Below are positions 1-12,700 of a stretch of DNA of 64,000 nucleotides, one piece after another. Under the pieces are notes generated by a model, which was not told the origin of the DNA, did no database searches, and worked only from the letters and a program-made list of their open reading frames with translations. The position numbers and the translations under genes are program-made. Numbering within the stretch: the first letter of the stretch is position 1; each line of letters starts with the position of its first letter. The stretch is from contig OZ241829.1 of assembly GCA_965202585.1 (NCBI GenBank), positions 29,016,001 to 29,080,000 of the forward strand, written 5' to 3'. This DNA is from Thalia democratica (lineage: Eukaryota).

Positions 1-1430
1 AAAAACTAACTATTTTTAAGAAAACAAAAAATGTATGCACTATATTTAACTTCTGAATTTCTGTTTTAGTTTTTCTTTTGTAAAATTTCTTAAATTTTAT
101 GTTGTTGAGTCAAGTTGTCTGGACTTAGCTTAGAAAAACTATAATTTTATTAGATAAACAATACAATATGTACTTTTTTTTCATTTAATCTCTTATAAGT
201 TTTGTTGAGTGTAAAGTTTAAAAACTTAACCAAAGAAAGACTATATTTGTCGAAATTAAAACATTTTTATGTTAAAGCTTGTTTTCAAAAACTTTCAAAC
301 TTTAAGTGTAAAAATTAACCTGTAAAAGTACTACTTTAAGACAACTAACAGCTGAAAGTTTTAAAACTTTACAATCAAGTTTAAAAACTTTCAAGATTTA
401 AAATTAATCGAAGTCATTTCTTTAAAGTTGAAAATAAATGCAAACTTAAAACAGCAGCACGGGCTTGAAGTACATTCTAAAAAAAAAAACTTCAAAAATT
501 TAGTTATATTTTTATCACATGGTTAACGTGCTTCAAGTATTTTAACTTAATAAAAGTATTGCAAAAATAAAGAACGTTTAATCAAAAGACAATCGAGGTA
601 ATTTTCGTTTTTTTATTTATGAAAGCTTTTTTTTTATATTATCTTTAAAATTAGAGTTTAGTGAATTTGTTTTTATGATGACTAAAACTGTTTTCATGTT
701 TATTTTAATAGAACTTCATTTTATTGAATTGATAAAAGAAGCGTAAGTTTACTGAATAAACTCTTCACACATTGAGTTTTATCTTTTCCACTGTTTTGCT
801 ATTTTAAAATTAAGAGCTTTTTTAAACCTACCGCAAAAACAACATATTGCGAGGTTCAATACTTAGAGCGTAAAAATAGACAGAAACATTTTTTTTATTC
901 GATTGAGCTTAATATTTCTAAGAGTTTATTTGAATGTTTTCATAACAGCCTAGGTTTGAAACTTAAAAAACAGTACCCTTTTTTTATTGTCTTTTACAGA
1001 AGTTAACCTTTTATAAAAGAGATGTTGCTATCGTTTGTTTTCTTTGACTTTGTTTTAAAAGAACTTGATGAGCTTGTAAAGAACATGTATTGAAAAGCAC
1101 TCAAAGAAAATTATTTGTTTACGGTTTGTACATTGCAGTACACGTTTTCATTAGAAGATTTTTTTCACAGGCTAAAATTAAGAAGTAAGTGTATGTTTAT
1201 AAAAATAAGTTAAATGTTCAATGATAACTATTTTCAAATTTAGTACACTAGTAGTAAGTTTAAAATGTTATCAGCTTCATTAGAATGTGTTTATCTAGTT
1301 AAGTATAAAAAAAATAAATTTAACTACAAAAAGTATACCTACCTATGCTACGTAATATGCAGTTTTAAACAATTTTGTTGATGAAAAAAAGTACAAACAT
1401 TTAAGTTTTAGTCAACATAAAAAAATATTA

Positions 1431-2154
1431 CAGTGCTTATTCACTTACCCTGACTTCACTTATCCGGACGCTCACTTATCTGGACAGTTTCGGTCAGAAG
1501 AAAGTTCAAAAAAATTACTATAGTAAACACAAAAATTCATTCAAAAAGTTTCACATATATAAAACTATAAAACAAACATCTTTTATTTCTTACTCTAGTA
1601 AAACTTCTAATAAAAACTAGTTTGTTAGGAGTGATATGTTTCCGTTAAACTGACTTTAAACTTAGTCAAAGTTTCTTGTTTTGTTAATGTCTGTTTTTTT
1701 TTTCTTTGTTTAAATTTTTTTTTCATTTAAAGAGATAGGTTTACATTATTTTTCGTTTTAAAAGATAAATTTAATTTATATTTTCTCTTAAACATTTTTT
1801 TTTTAAATTAATAGTTAGTGCAGGTGGAATTGCAAATGATAAATTTTACTTGCGTGACCCTCAAAAAACGTATATAGTTGCACGGGGTTAGTAAGTCTGA
1901 TATTTTTCTACCTTAGAAAAAACAAATTAATTAACCTTAAGTTTAGCTTTTATTACTAATCATTTTATTATATATTACTCATAATTACTATGTGTTTGTT
2001 TTTACCATAACACTTTTATTATGCATTGTAATATGCAGTAATTATATTATCATATGAAAGAATTGATTTTTTGTACTTATCCGGAAATTTGGTTATCCGG
2101 ACATGTTTACAGAAAAATCTTGCCCAAAGTGTCCGGATAAGTGAATAAGCACTA
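1431..2154. mobile_element. Non-autonomous Tc1/mariner-superfamily (pogo/Tigger-like) MITE, 724 bp
   Basis: Left end CAGTGCTTATTCACTTA followed by repeated CACTTATCCGGAC motifs. Right end GTCCGGATAAGTGAATAAGCACTA is its reverse complement (terminal G>A). TA flanks both sides (1429-1430, 2155-2156). No ORF inside. Superfamily inferred from CAGT termini plus TA TSD. Confidence 0.8.
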
Positions 2155-2820
2155 TACACTCTTTTAGTTCTTAGAAAATTGTACTATTCAACAAAGCAGA
2201 ACTATTTTTCAGCTAAATTTAAGACTTTTAAGATACACTTTATTCTTTCTAGACTTTAATTAGTAAACTAAGTTCTGGTCAAAGACCTCTTCTGTACTTA
2301 TAATAAAATCTTATTCAAATAAATTATTTTATGTTATAGAAAGTTATCGAATAGGATTTTATTATTAGTTCACTTTTGTATAATTTTGAATCTAAGAATT
2401 TAAAACAGAAATCAGCAATGTTGTTTTAGTCTAGCATTAAGTCTTGGTTATTTTAAATTTAAGTTGTACTTTCGATCATTACGTCATAATATGTCATATT
2501 ATGTAAATTTTATGATGTTTTGATTTTAATATACTTTTATTTCATTTTAGTTTTACTAAAATGTTAACAAATTATTTATTATTAAATGTATCGGAAAAAG
2601 ATGTTAAAATGATTTTTATTTAGAAAGCAACGTATTCAAAAGTTTGTCTGTTTCTACTAAAGAATATACTTATTGTTTAGAAGTTATTTAAATAAGCTCC
2701 TTACTTTTCAGTAAATTGAGCAATTTTTTTTTAGTTAAGACAAATAACTATATACTAATAAATATGAAAACAGTTTTCTACTTCATATTTTTAAAATAAT
2801 TGCTCTTTACAGATAAAGTA

Positions 2821-3735
2821 ATGCAAACAGTTAAAATGGAAGTGACAACGAAGAAAATATTAATTATAGTTTCTTCCATATTTTTGATATCTCTACTTTT
2901 AGTAGCCTTTTCGCCTTTAATTGAAAGAAGAAGAAAACAAAGTAGGTGAAGTAATATTATATTCGTTAAACTATTACAATTCTTTAAAACATTGTTTCGT
3001 AACAATTTTTTTAATAAACTTTATTTAAAGCAATCATAAAAGTAAAACGTAAAAGTTTTTAAAATTTTAGTAATTGGTTTCACAAATAAAACTTTAATAG
3101 ACTTTAATGTAAATTTACACAACCAAAACTAAATTTATTATGATTGATAGTATATAATTTACACGTTGTCTTAGTTTATTACACAAAAACTTTAAATGTT
3201 GTTAAATGGAAGTTTTTTTTGAGCTACAATTTCATTTTTTAAGTTTAATACGGATTAAAACTTGTATTTGGCCAAGTGATTTTGTTTTAATATTTTTGCT
3301 CTTTATAAGCCTTATTAATGTCTGCATATTTAAGCCTTACAGAGTTCTAAGTTTTTGATACTTTAGAAAACAGTTAACATTAAAAATGGCAATCGTATGG
3401 CACAACGATAAATAAAATTACTTAAAATGTCAACTCATTAAGCACCTGATTTTTGCAAAAAACAGCTTATCATCACATTTGTTACAGGTCAAGCAAACAG
3501 TATCGGTCCAAGTAAAGTTAGTCAGAGGCAAATAGTTGCGATCAGAATATCGAAAGTTTACAAGCTAGTGTTCGATTTGAATGGAAATCGTTATTTGAAT
3601 ATTTTGCTGAACAAACTCCCAACGCCCTTATACTTATTTTCATTGTTGCTTTTTTGATAGACTATTTAAGCATTGATTTTATTTGCAGGATATGAACTGC
3701 AGAGCTTCGTAAACCATCAAATCCATAGACGATAG
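2821..3735 (+). CDS. Tentative small secreted or membrane peptide precursor (63 aa, 3 exons)
   Basis: Exon chain 2821-2941, 3488-3511, 3689-3735 with GT-AG sites and phase 1/1 gives MQTVKMEVTTKKILIIVSSIFLISLLLVAFSPLIERRRKQSQANSIGPRYELQSFVNHQIHRR*. No recognisable homology and AT-rich codons, so it may be chance. Confidence 0.25.
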
Positions 3736-6700
3736 CTTTAAAATACTTTTAAGAAGTGTTTATTAATCCTATCCATTGAAACGTGTTTTTTGAATTTTTT
3801 CAAATTTAATTTACTAGGTTTTAGATTTATACCGCTAAATTTTAATCAAAGTTTTGTTTTTTTAATTTTTTTTACTATACTTCGATGAACAAACTTTAAG
3901 CAACTGTTTTTTTAATTACATTAAAAACCTTACATTTTTTTAATAACCATTCGATAGTTTAAATATTTATAGTTAATTCTTTAAAAGTTTTGAGTGTTAT
4001 AAACACAGTTTTTTTTTTATAAAGCTAGATTATAAAAAATAATTTAAACTCTTATAGTTTTTCAGTTTCAACTTTTGTGACTTAACTGAGTATATTTACA
4101 TAATAACTCATAAAATTTTTAGTATTTTCATGCTTATACTGTGTAGTTTTATTAAGTAAAATCTTATACTTATTTCAAGAATACTAAAGTAGATTTACAA
4201 AAAAAACTGAGCTTATATATTTTTGTTAAATTTAAAAAAATTATCTAGCATAGCATGAAAAATAAGAAAAATAAATCTAAACAAATATTTTTAATAAAGC
4301 TAACTGCAAATAATTTAATATTTTTATTTGCCTTAAAGTGGATATTTCCTGTATAACTACTTAAAAATATAAAATTACAACACTGTTTACGCCTTAAAGA
4401 TATATAGTTTCGCAGTTAATACCATCGTATCAATTTTTTTAAAGTATGTACATTTTTTAAATAATTTCTCTTTTGTTAAACATACTATAAATAACAAGTT
4501 TCAAATAAAAAGTAATAAATACTTTAAAAAGCTTGAACACCTTACTCTGTTAAAATAAAGTACTATGAAAAGTAAAGTTTCAACTTGTTTGATTTAATTA
4601 CTAAATAATGATTTTATATTGATTATTTATTACAATAAAAAAGTTTCGGTACAGTTGATCAAAAAGGTTTTTTTCAAGATACATAAAAAATATATCAAAA
4701 GACTATTTTTGTAAAAGATATTTATTGTAATGATTAAAAGAAAAGTTCTATAAGTTTAACTTATAAATTTACAATAAAGTAAAAGTTATGAAAATGACCA
4801 AACTAAGATAACAAAAAAATGGACTTATGTTTTTTTCTATTGGCATTATATAAGAATATTGTGTTTCATATTGAAACTAATTGTATTTGATTTATATTTG
4901 CCAAAAAATGAGAGTTTTATTAAAAAAAATTTCAAACATAATTTAATAGAAAAAAATGACCACATTTTTTTTAATTCTTACTAGCAATATTTACTCCAAA
5001 ATATTCATTGAAAATAACACACATGATTAAGTAAGTAAGCAACTATGACTTTGTAAGTTTAGCCGAAAGAAAATTTAAATTCCGGCAATTAAAGTTCCAT
5101 ATAACTTTGAGTTAATGTATGTTGTCTTTATTAATAGTTTTTTTTTTAACATTTTTATTATCACAATCTTATTAATTATGCCCACATGCGCAGCTTTTAT
5201 TTTTATATTAACAATTTTTTATATTATTTCTTTTTATATTGTAAGTTTTTTTTACAATATAAATACACTGTGAATAATATATAAATTTATAAATTGTTCT
5301 TCTAGTGAAAAAATTTTTAGATTTTCTCAGTACCTAACAAAATTAGCCTGATATTTTAAGTTATCTAGCATAATAATCTACAGTTTATTACCCTGGTACA
5401 CTAGAAATTTATTTCCGTGTTTGTTACTGTTTGGTGAGAATTTTTTTGTGAAAATCTTTTCGAATGGTCATGAACTTTATCTACATTTTTAAAATAACTT
5501 TTGAAGAAAAACGATAAAAAATTATGCACAAATTTAAAGATAAAAACACCTTGCTCATATCTTTAAAAGTTTTCAACATTTGATATTTGTTTTGTTTTTT
5601 AAATGTTTTATTTTGTATACACTTTAATCATACTTTTTGTATGCATCTAAGAGCTTTACCTATAAGAGCTTTGAGTCTAGTTACAGTATAATAGACTTAA
5701 GTTTTTCTGACTAAAAAATAAAAAAGATAAATATTAAAGAAAACATATTTTTTAATCAAAAAGTATCTTGCTTTATACAAAACACCAATTTTCTTTGAGA
5801 CTTTGTTTTCAATGTTTCTATATGTTCTGTCTATTTAAGGCTATATCCTTTAAAATCCAAAGTATCTGTATACATTTACTTTAAAAGAAATGTGTTTACT
5901 TATTTTTGTATTAATACTAATGTTTTTCCAATAATTATTTCTTTACAAGTGAAAAAGCATGCATCTTATCATATACATTATATTAAATAATATATAAATA
6001 TGGCTAAAACTAGTTTTAAAACTTAGTAAAGTATGATTCTTTGTAGTGATAGTAAGTTTTCTTCTTTTCTTTAACTTTTTCCCAACATAATCTTATAAAT
6101 CAGTACTCTTTTTCAAGTTTAAATTGTTATTTGAGATGTTCTCCCTAAAAACTTTTTTATTAGAGTTTGAAATTTGAAATACCCATAGATATTGCACATC
6201 CTTCAACACACTGTTTGTTAAGACTTGTACAAAAAATTTTACAGATTATTTTAAGCCATTTATGAACTAAAGTTTTAGTCTATTGTAATAAAAGCGTGGT
6301 TATAGTTGTTTTATTGTCGTTTTAACAAGTTGATTGTTAGTTAATCTTTCAGTTTATAGAACTCAAGTTATTTACAACAACTTTCAAACTTTCTATTTTC
6401 TAAAAACTATAATGTACCAAGTTATAATAAAAACTAACACAACTCAATATCGATAATTTAGTTTCTAATATAAAAACAATTACAATAAGCTTTAAACATT
6501 TTCAAAGCACAAAAGTGGAGTTTTCTGTTGCTTTTCTACAGAAATACATTTAGGTTTTGTTTCAAAATTCATTTTATTAGCTTTTGTTGTGGGTTTTCTT
6601 TTAACTCTTTTAAAACTATTTTTATGTCCTTATCAAACTTATATGCAGAATAAAATCACCGAAGTGTATTGTTTAAATGCATAAACACCAAGTACTTGAC

Positions 6701-9700
6701 TTGATCGAAACTTTTTTTTAACAGCTAGGTGGTACAACAGAGAAACTTTAGATTGTTTTATTTTTAAAGTGGTTTTTGTAACTAAAACTGACTTATTTTA
6801 GTCTCAGTTACTCTAAAATCTCTATTTTTCGTAACTTTTTATTTGCTATAATTTAAAGTAAAATCTTGATAAATTTAATATTTAAGCTATTGTTTTATAA
6901 AACAAAAGTACTTTATTCAAGTTTTGTTTAAACTTTAAATTTACTGGACATGTTGTAATTTTGTTTTCTAATTTGGTAAAAGGAGTGTGTATAAAACATA
7001 TAACAAGATATAAATAAAAGAAAAAATGTATCAATACAGTTAAGTTTAATTTTGGATTAAATTTATATCATTTCAGTAAATTTTTTTAACATAACCCAGT
7101 TAGTAATTAAATTATGAGAGCTTAAATAGCAAATACATAAATATAAAACTAATTTTATTGAATTAAAAGTTAAAACAATTTGTAAATAGAATTAGCTACT
7201 TAAATCAATAAAAGTAATATTAATTAAGTTTAACTTAAGTTTATGATAAAATGAAAACACTACTTACAAAATATCAAAATAAAAATTTTTTCTACACGAT
7301 GAATTTTAAAAAAAAAAAAAAAATTTTTTAATGTTTAAAAACGTTTAACAATGTTTCATAGGTCACAACTTCTTTTCCGTAAATGGAAAATTTATTTCAC
7401 GTTAACTCCACTAAATTATTATAAATTTGATCACTTACTTGCAAATTTATGTTTTAAATTAAGTAAAACTACTAAAGTTATAAATATTATTTACTTAAAC
7501 ATTAAACTTAGTTAAAGTGGAACGTCAATTTGTTTAATTTTATCTAATTGTTTTGTTAAAAAAACAAATTAAGTTCACGTATAAACTAATCAAATTAAAA
7601 AAATTCGAAAACCTTGAAGCTTAAGTTTTTTGATTAGCTGATGAAAAATTGAAGAGTTTTTTTTAATGTATGAATACACTTTAAATGTAGTTCATGTTTT
7701 TAAAACAAAGCAAATTTAAGCATCAAGTATTGTAACAAGATTTAGTGTTGTTACATATTTTTTAAAGTTCATTATTTATAACTGTTGTAAAATAACTTTA
7801 AACTTTATGACAAAAAATCCAAATCATTATTAAAAAATTTTTTTAAGTTTTTATACAGCAGAAATTTTATTACAGATGCAAAGTGCCTACTCTTTGTACT
7901 TGACTTTTGTAAAACACTTAAGTTAGTTTTTTCAACGTAACACAATATTCTTGGAAAACTACAAAGTTATTTGTAAATGACATTTTAATGCGATCTTGCG
8001 TAAAACGTTTGAGAATTTTAAAGCTAATACGTAAATTGAGCTTTTTATATCATTAGTTTTTACAACTTATGCAATCTTGAAGACTTTTAATTCTAATTTT
8101 TCTTGCGCTTGATGTTTATTTTATAAAAAATTTTAAAACACGTCTAAATGGTTAAAATAGTATGACAAATTTAAATCAATAGAAATAGTGTCTAACTTAC
8201 ATCAACTTTTTGGTATTAGTAAAATGAAAAAATACTAATGATCTAAAAACATTTTTCCACCCTACTAAATCTTTGTGCACAGTAAAATAATTTCTATGCA
8301 CTTTTTATGAACAAGTGCATATTGTGAAAACCACTGACAAACAATATCACTTTTTACCTCCTTTTTATTTTTATTGTACAATTGTTTAATGATTTTTGAA
8401 AAAGAATTTTCAATAAATTTCAATCACCCTAAATGCAATAACATGTTACAATTTTTAGTTATTTTGATTCGTAAGAAGTAAAGTAATTAAAATAGCATAA
8501 ATTAGAATATTCAACGTTTTCTTTTTATCAAGAGTTAAAAAGGTTCTTCCAAAGTTTCAATGCAATCTTGCTAATGATAATTTAATGCGTTCAAGCATTT
8601 AAACGTTATGGGATATTGAGAACAAAACTAAGTTTAAAACGTTTATGGTTTGATTTAATACGTAATCCTAAGAAATTTTCACATAATTTTTTGTGAACAA
8701 TCAATTAAAAACAACTTCATTATTTAATTAAGGCCATGTCTAAATTTCTGAGATTTTAAATTAATTTAAACTTTTTTTTTACTGCCCTAAAACTTAAAAA
8801 CTATCTTAATGCAAACAGTTCTAAAATAATAAACCATTGTTTCACAAAACAGTGAACATTTTATTATGTGTATTATAAAAACCCCATTGCTTACTAAAAA
8901 TGATAGACATATTGTGCTCAATCAATAAAAGCTTAAACATACGTGTTAATTACGTCACAATACAAACATATTGTAGACTAAAGCACATTTATGTTTTTAA
9001 AACAAAATTTGTCAAACAAGAAATATAAAATTTATCTCTATAAGCTGTCTTTTAAAAACAAACAGATTTTCAGACGTACCAATACGTAAATAAAAATTTT
9101 TGATGCTTTTTTATCTTTGTTAAACAGGAAACGAAAGTTTATTTATAACGGAATTAGTTGTTTCTGTATTTTTATATTAATGTCAATATTCACGTTTCCT
9201 ACGCATGAAAAAAAGAATCACAACAGCTTTTTGTTTATAGATGTTATCTTTTTGTTCGGTATGCGTCTAGAAATATTAAGTTAAAGCAACGATTAGGGCA
9301 TAAAGCATTTAAGGCAGTCGTTTTTAGTCAAAAAGTTAAAATACATTATTTTACTAACGATTATCAAACTGTTAAAAAAAATATTAATTCCATATTTGAA
9401 AAAAAGGAATTTAAACAAGTAAAATGATCTTCTACAGGCCATAAAATTTTAAAAAGTATATTGACAAAAGTACATTATCACTTTTTTTAATTAGTTGTTT
9501 TTGTTTTAGTTGAGACACCTTTTTTTCAAGTCTTTAAACCATCAGAATTGCATATTTTAGCTTAAATTTAAAAATTTTTGTTGATCAAAAACTCAAAACA
9601 ATATTAATAAAAGTTTCAAAAAAGTTTAGTCGATATAACTATAAACTTTATACGTTGACAAGTCATCTGAAGAAAACAAAAAATCAATAACTATTTAGTT

Positions 9701-12700
9701 TTGTTGTTTTACTAAATACAAAGAAGCTTCTGTTGTTAATAATGTCTTGGTTTAGTTAAGTTAGCTTTTTTAACTAACTTAATGACTCTACCGTTGTTCA
9801 CAGCTTCTTAATTTAGATAGGTTAGTTTTTCTTTTTGTATCCTTACAAACTTCTATCAAAATCTGTTTAATTTTTGGAATAAAAGTTTCTCTAAGGTTTT
9901 TTAAGATTGAATATGTTACATAAATATTTAAAAAAACCTAATATTTTCCTAGTCATAAACTACTTTAATTTCTTGCATTTTACACCATTTGGTCTTAAAA
10001 TAATTAAAAGTTTTGATTAGAGAATTTTTTTATTTCAATGTTAACAACAACAATCATAAAGTAAAGTTTTAAAAATTTTTTTTGAGAAACTTTTTTCTTT
10101 CAATGCCACAATTTTCGAGAAAACAGTTTGCTTAAATATTTATAACTTTTTTCAAAGTTAAATTTATTTTTAAACCATAAACGATTTTTTTGAGTATAAA
10201 TACCAAGAGAGATAAACAATTTTAGAAACTAATTGTTTATATACTCAACCCATTGCTTAAAAATTAAATTTTTACAACCAGTTATCGTTAATTAATTTAG
10301 TTTTGTGTTCATTACACTTTAAGTTCCAAAATGATCAATAAAAGTTCTTAGCTAAGAGATCTTAAGGACGAAACATTGTTTTATACATAAAATATGTTTT
10401 TAAAATCTTGATAAGCTTTGTGCTAAAATAATTTTGTGTTGAAATCTTAACATTTCCCAAAAAAAAATAGTTGAAGTTGTTCATAGAAATGTTAATCGAA
10501 AAATAGTTAGGTAGCTTTTTATAGGCAAAAAATTGAATTTATGTAGTTTACAACAGTTAAAAAGTTGCAAAACAACTTATTAAAAAGTAATGATTTTTTT
10601 TTCTTTTTTAAGTAAAAAAGTTGTTAAACTTGACATTTAATTGTAATTTGAAACATAATTTTCTACCTTGCCACGTTTAGTCACGTTTAAACTTTAAACA
10701 AGTAAAGTTAAAGGAAAAGAAAAATGGGTAGAACACTTTTCTCCTTATTATTATAATTACGTGTTTTGGTTGCATCATACTTTAGTGTTGTGAAATGAAC
10801 ACATTAGTTTTTTTTTGTTTTCATTAACTTAACTTAAACTGAGCATTAACTTTTTGTTTTAATGTTTAGTTTAATGTTTAAAGTTTAGTTTTAATATCAA
10901 TTTTTGTGTTTAACCTTTTTTTAGCTTAAAGCAGTTTTTTTTTATGAAAGTTTTATGAAAGTAAACATAAAAGTATCAACTAAGAAAAAATAGTTTGTTA
11001 ATCTAAAGATAATAAACGTTTTTTTTTTTATAAAAAAAACTTATATATTTAAAATCCAAAACGCCGTTACATTATCTAAATCTAAACAATACTCTAATGA
11101 TAACAAATAAATAAATACGCTTTACACTTTTACACGTGAACAAAATCAGATAGTGGTATTTACAAAAGCAGGTGTTTTTAAACATCAGGTATTTTTTGAA
11201 TTAATTTGATTGAAAATACATCGAGGTAAAGTTTTTTAATTTGAGTTGGAATTTTGGAATCGTCAGCTTTCAAAACAAAAACTAAAGTTTTGCAATTCAA
11301 TAAAAATTGTGTCGTTTTTTTATAGGCATTGTGTCGAGTTTGAACAGATTTATAATAAATTAAAAGCAAAAGGAACGCGGGAAAAACAAGTTTTTGTAAA
11401 AATGTAGTAGTTAAACTTAGTATAGGTTGTTGTTTATAGGTTGTTAAACTTTTTTTTCAATCTACTTTTCGACCAGGTTTTTTTTTAATTTTAGCTATTA
11501 ATGAATTACCAAAATGATATAGTGTACTTGACTAAAGTAAGTAAGAATACTCTTTGACTCTTTATTTACATAACACATAAAAGCATCATTTTTAAATAAC
11601 TAAAAGTAAAATTATGAGTTTGAACTGTTTATTGAGAAAAGTGAAATTAGTTAAGTAATAAAAACTTTTCAAGTTTTTAAATAGACATGTGACTCATTTT
11701 TGTTCGCAGGTTTTTAACAAAAGTTACGTAATGTAAAAATAAAGAAATAAAAAAACTCCTGAAAACATATATTTATGTCAAAGATTTAAAAACAGCTGTT
11801 TTGTTTTGAAAAAAAAAAAATTTACTAATAGTTTAAAATTTACTTTTGATGTACTTTATGAAATTTTTTAACCAAGTTTTCTCAATTTAAACTTTTTAGC
11901 TACTTTTTGAATTTAACAAAATATAAACTTTCAATTTTTTTTTTTCAAGTTTTAGTTTAACACTTGTGCAAAGAAGTTTCTAACAAAAGTGTATTAGTTT
12001 TTATTTAACAATACAAGACTAATTGCTTAAAATCTAAAAATAAAAACGATTTTTTACAGTTTTTTTTTTTACTTTTACAGAATAGGCAGAGAGCTAATTA
12101 ACTATTAAACATTTCAAAACTTACCTAACAAAAATAACTTATTAACCAGAATACCCTGTTTAATTGTTTCTTTTATTCTATAGTGTATCATGTAAGTCTA
12201 ACATATGCTACAAACTTTTTTCTTGCCGTACTGAACATATTAATTTGAATTTTTTTATGGCTAATATTTTATTTGAAAGTAGAGCATGTTTTATAGACAG
12301 ATTGATTTATTGAATCTACCAAACATATGCACATTGAATAATTAAATTTTTCTCTGTTTTTACCATACACATTCACAACTCTTGTGAATAAACTATTAGC
12401 TATTTCTATAAAAAATTAATTATTTATTTACTGAACATCTAATTGAAAAAAAAAACTCAGCCACTCACTCGAGATTTTTCATTCTTTTTTGCTTACATTT
12501 TGGCAAACAAATGAATTATATGTGAGTTTAAAAATTTTTTAGCATTTTGAAACTACTACTTGAACTAAAATCTATTTTCAGGACATTAAGTAAGTTTAAC
12601 GTTGTTGTAATTAGGAATTTACGTAAATTTTAGGCTAATTACTCAACTTAATGGGAAATTAAATATTTTTTAATATAGCTACGAAAACAACTGCTACCAA

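Noticed and set aside
2778-3005. 75-aa minus-strand ORF from the track
   Set aside because: Non-ATG start and no homology. It is the antisense shadow of a plus-strand block with better splice sites.
11178-11369. 63-aa minus-strand ORF with VFVLKADDS
   Set aside because: Non-ATG start, no usable acceptor and no recognisable family.
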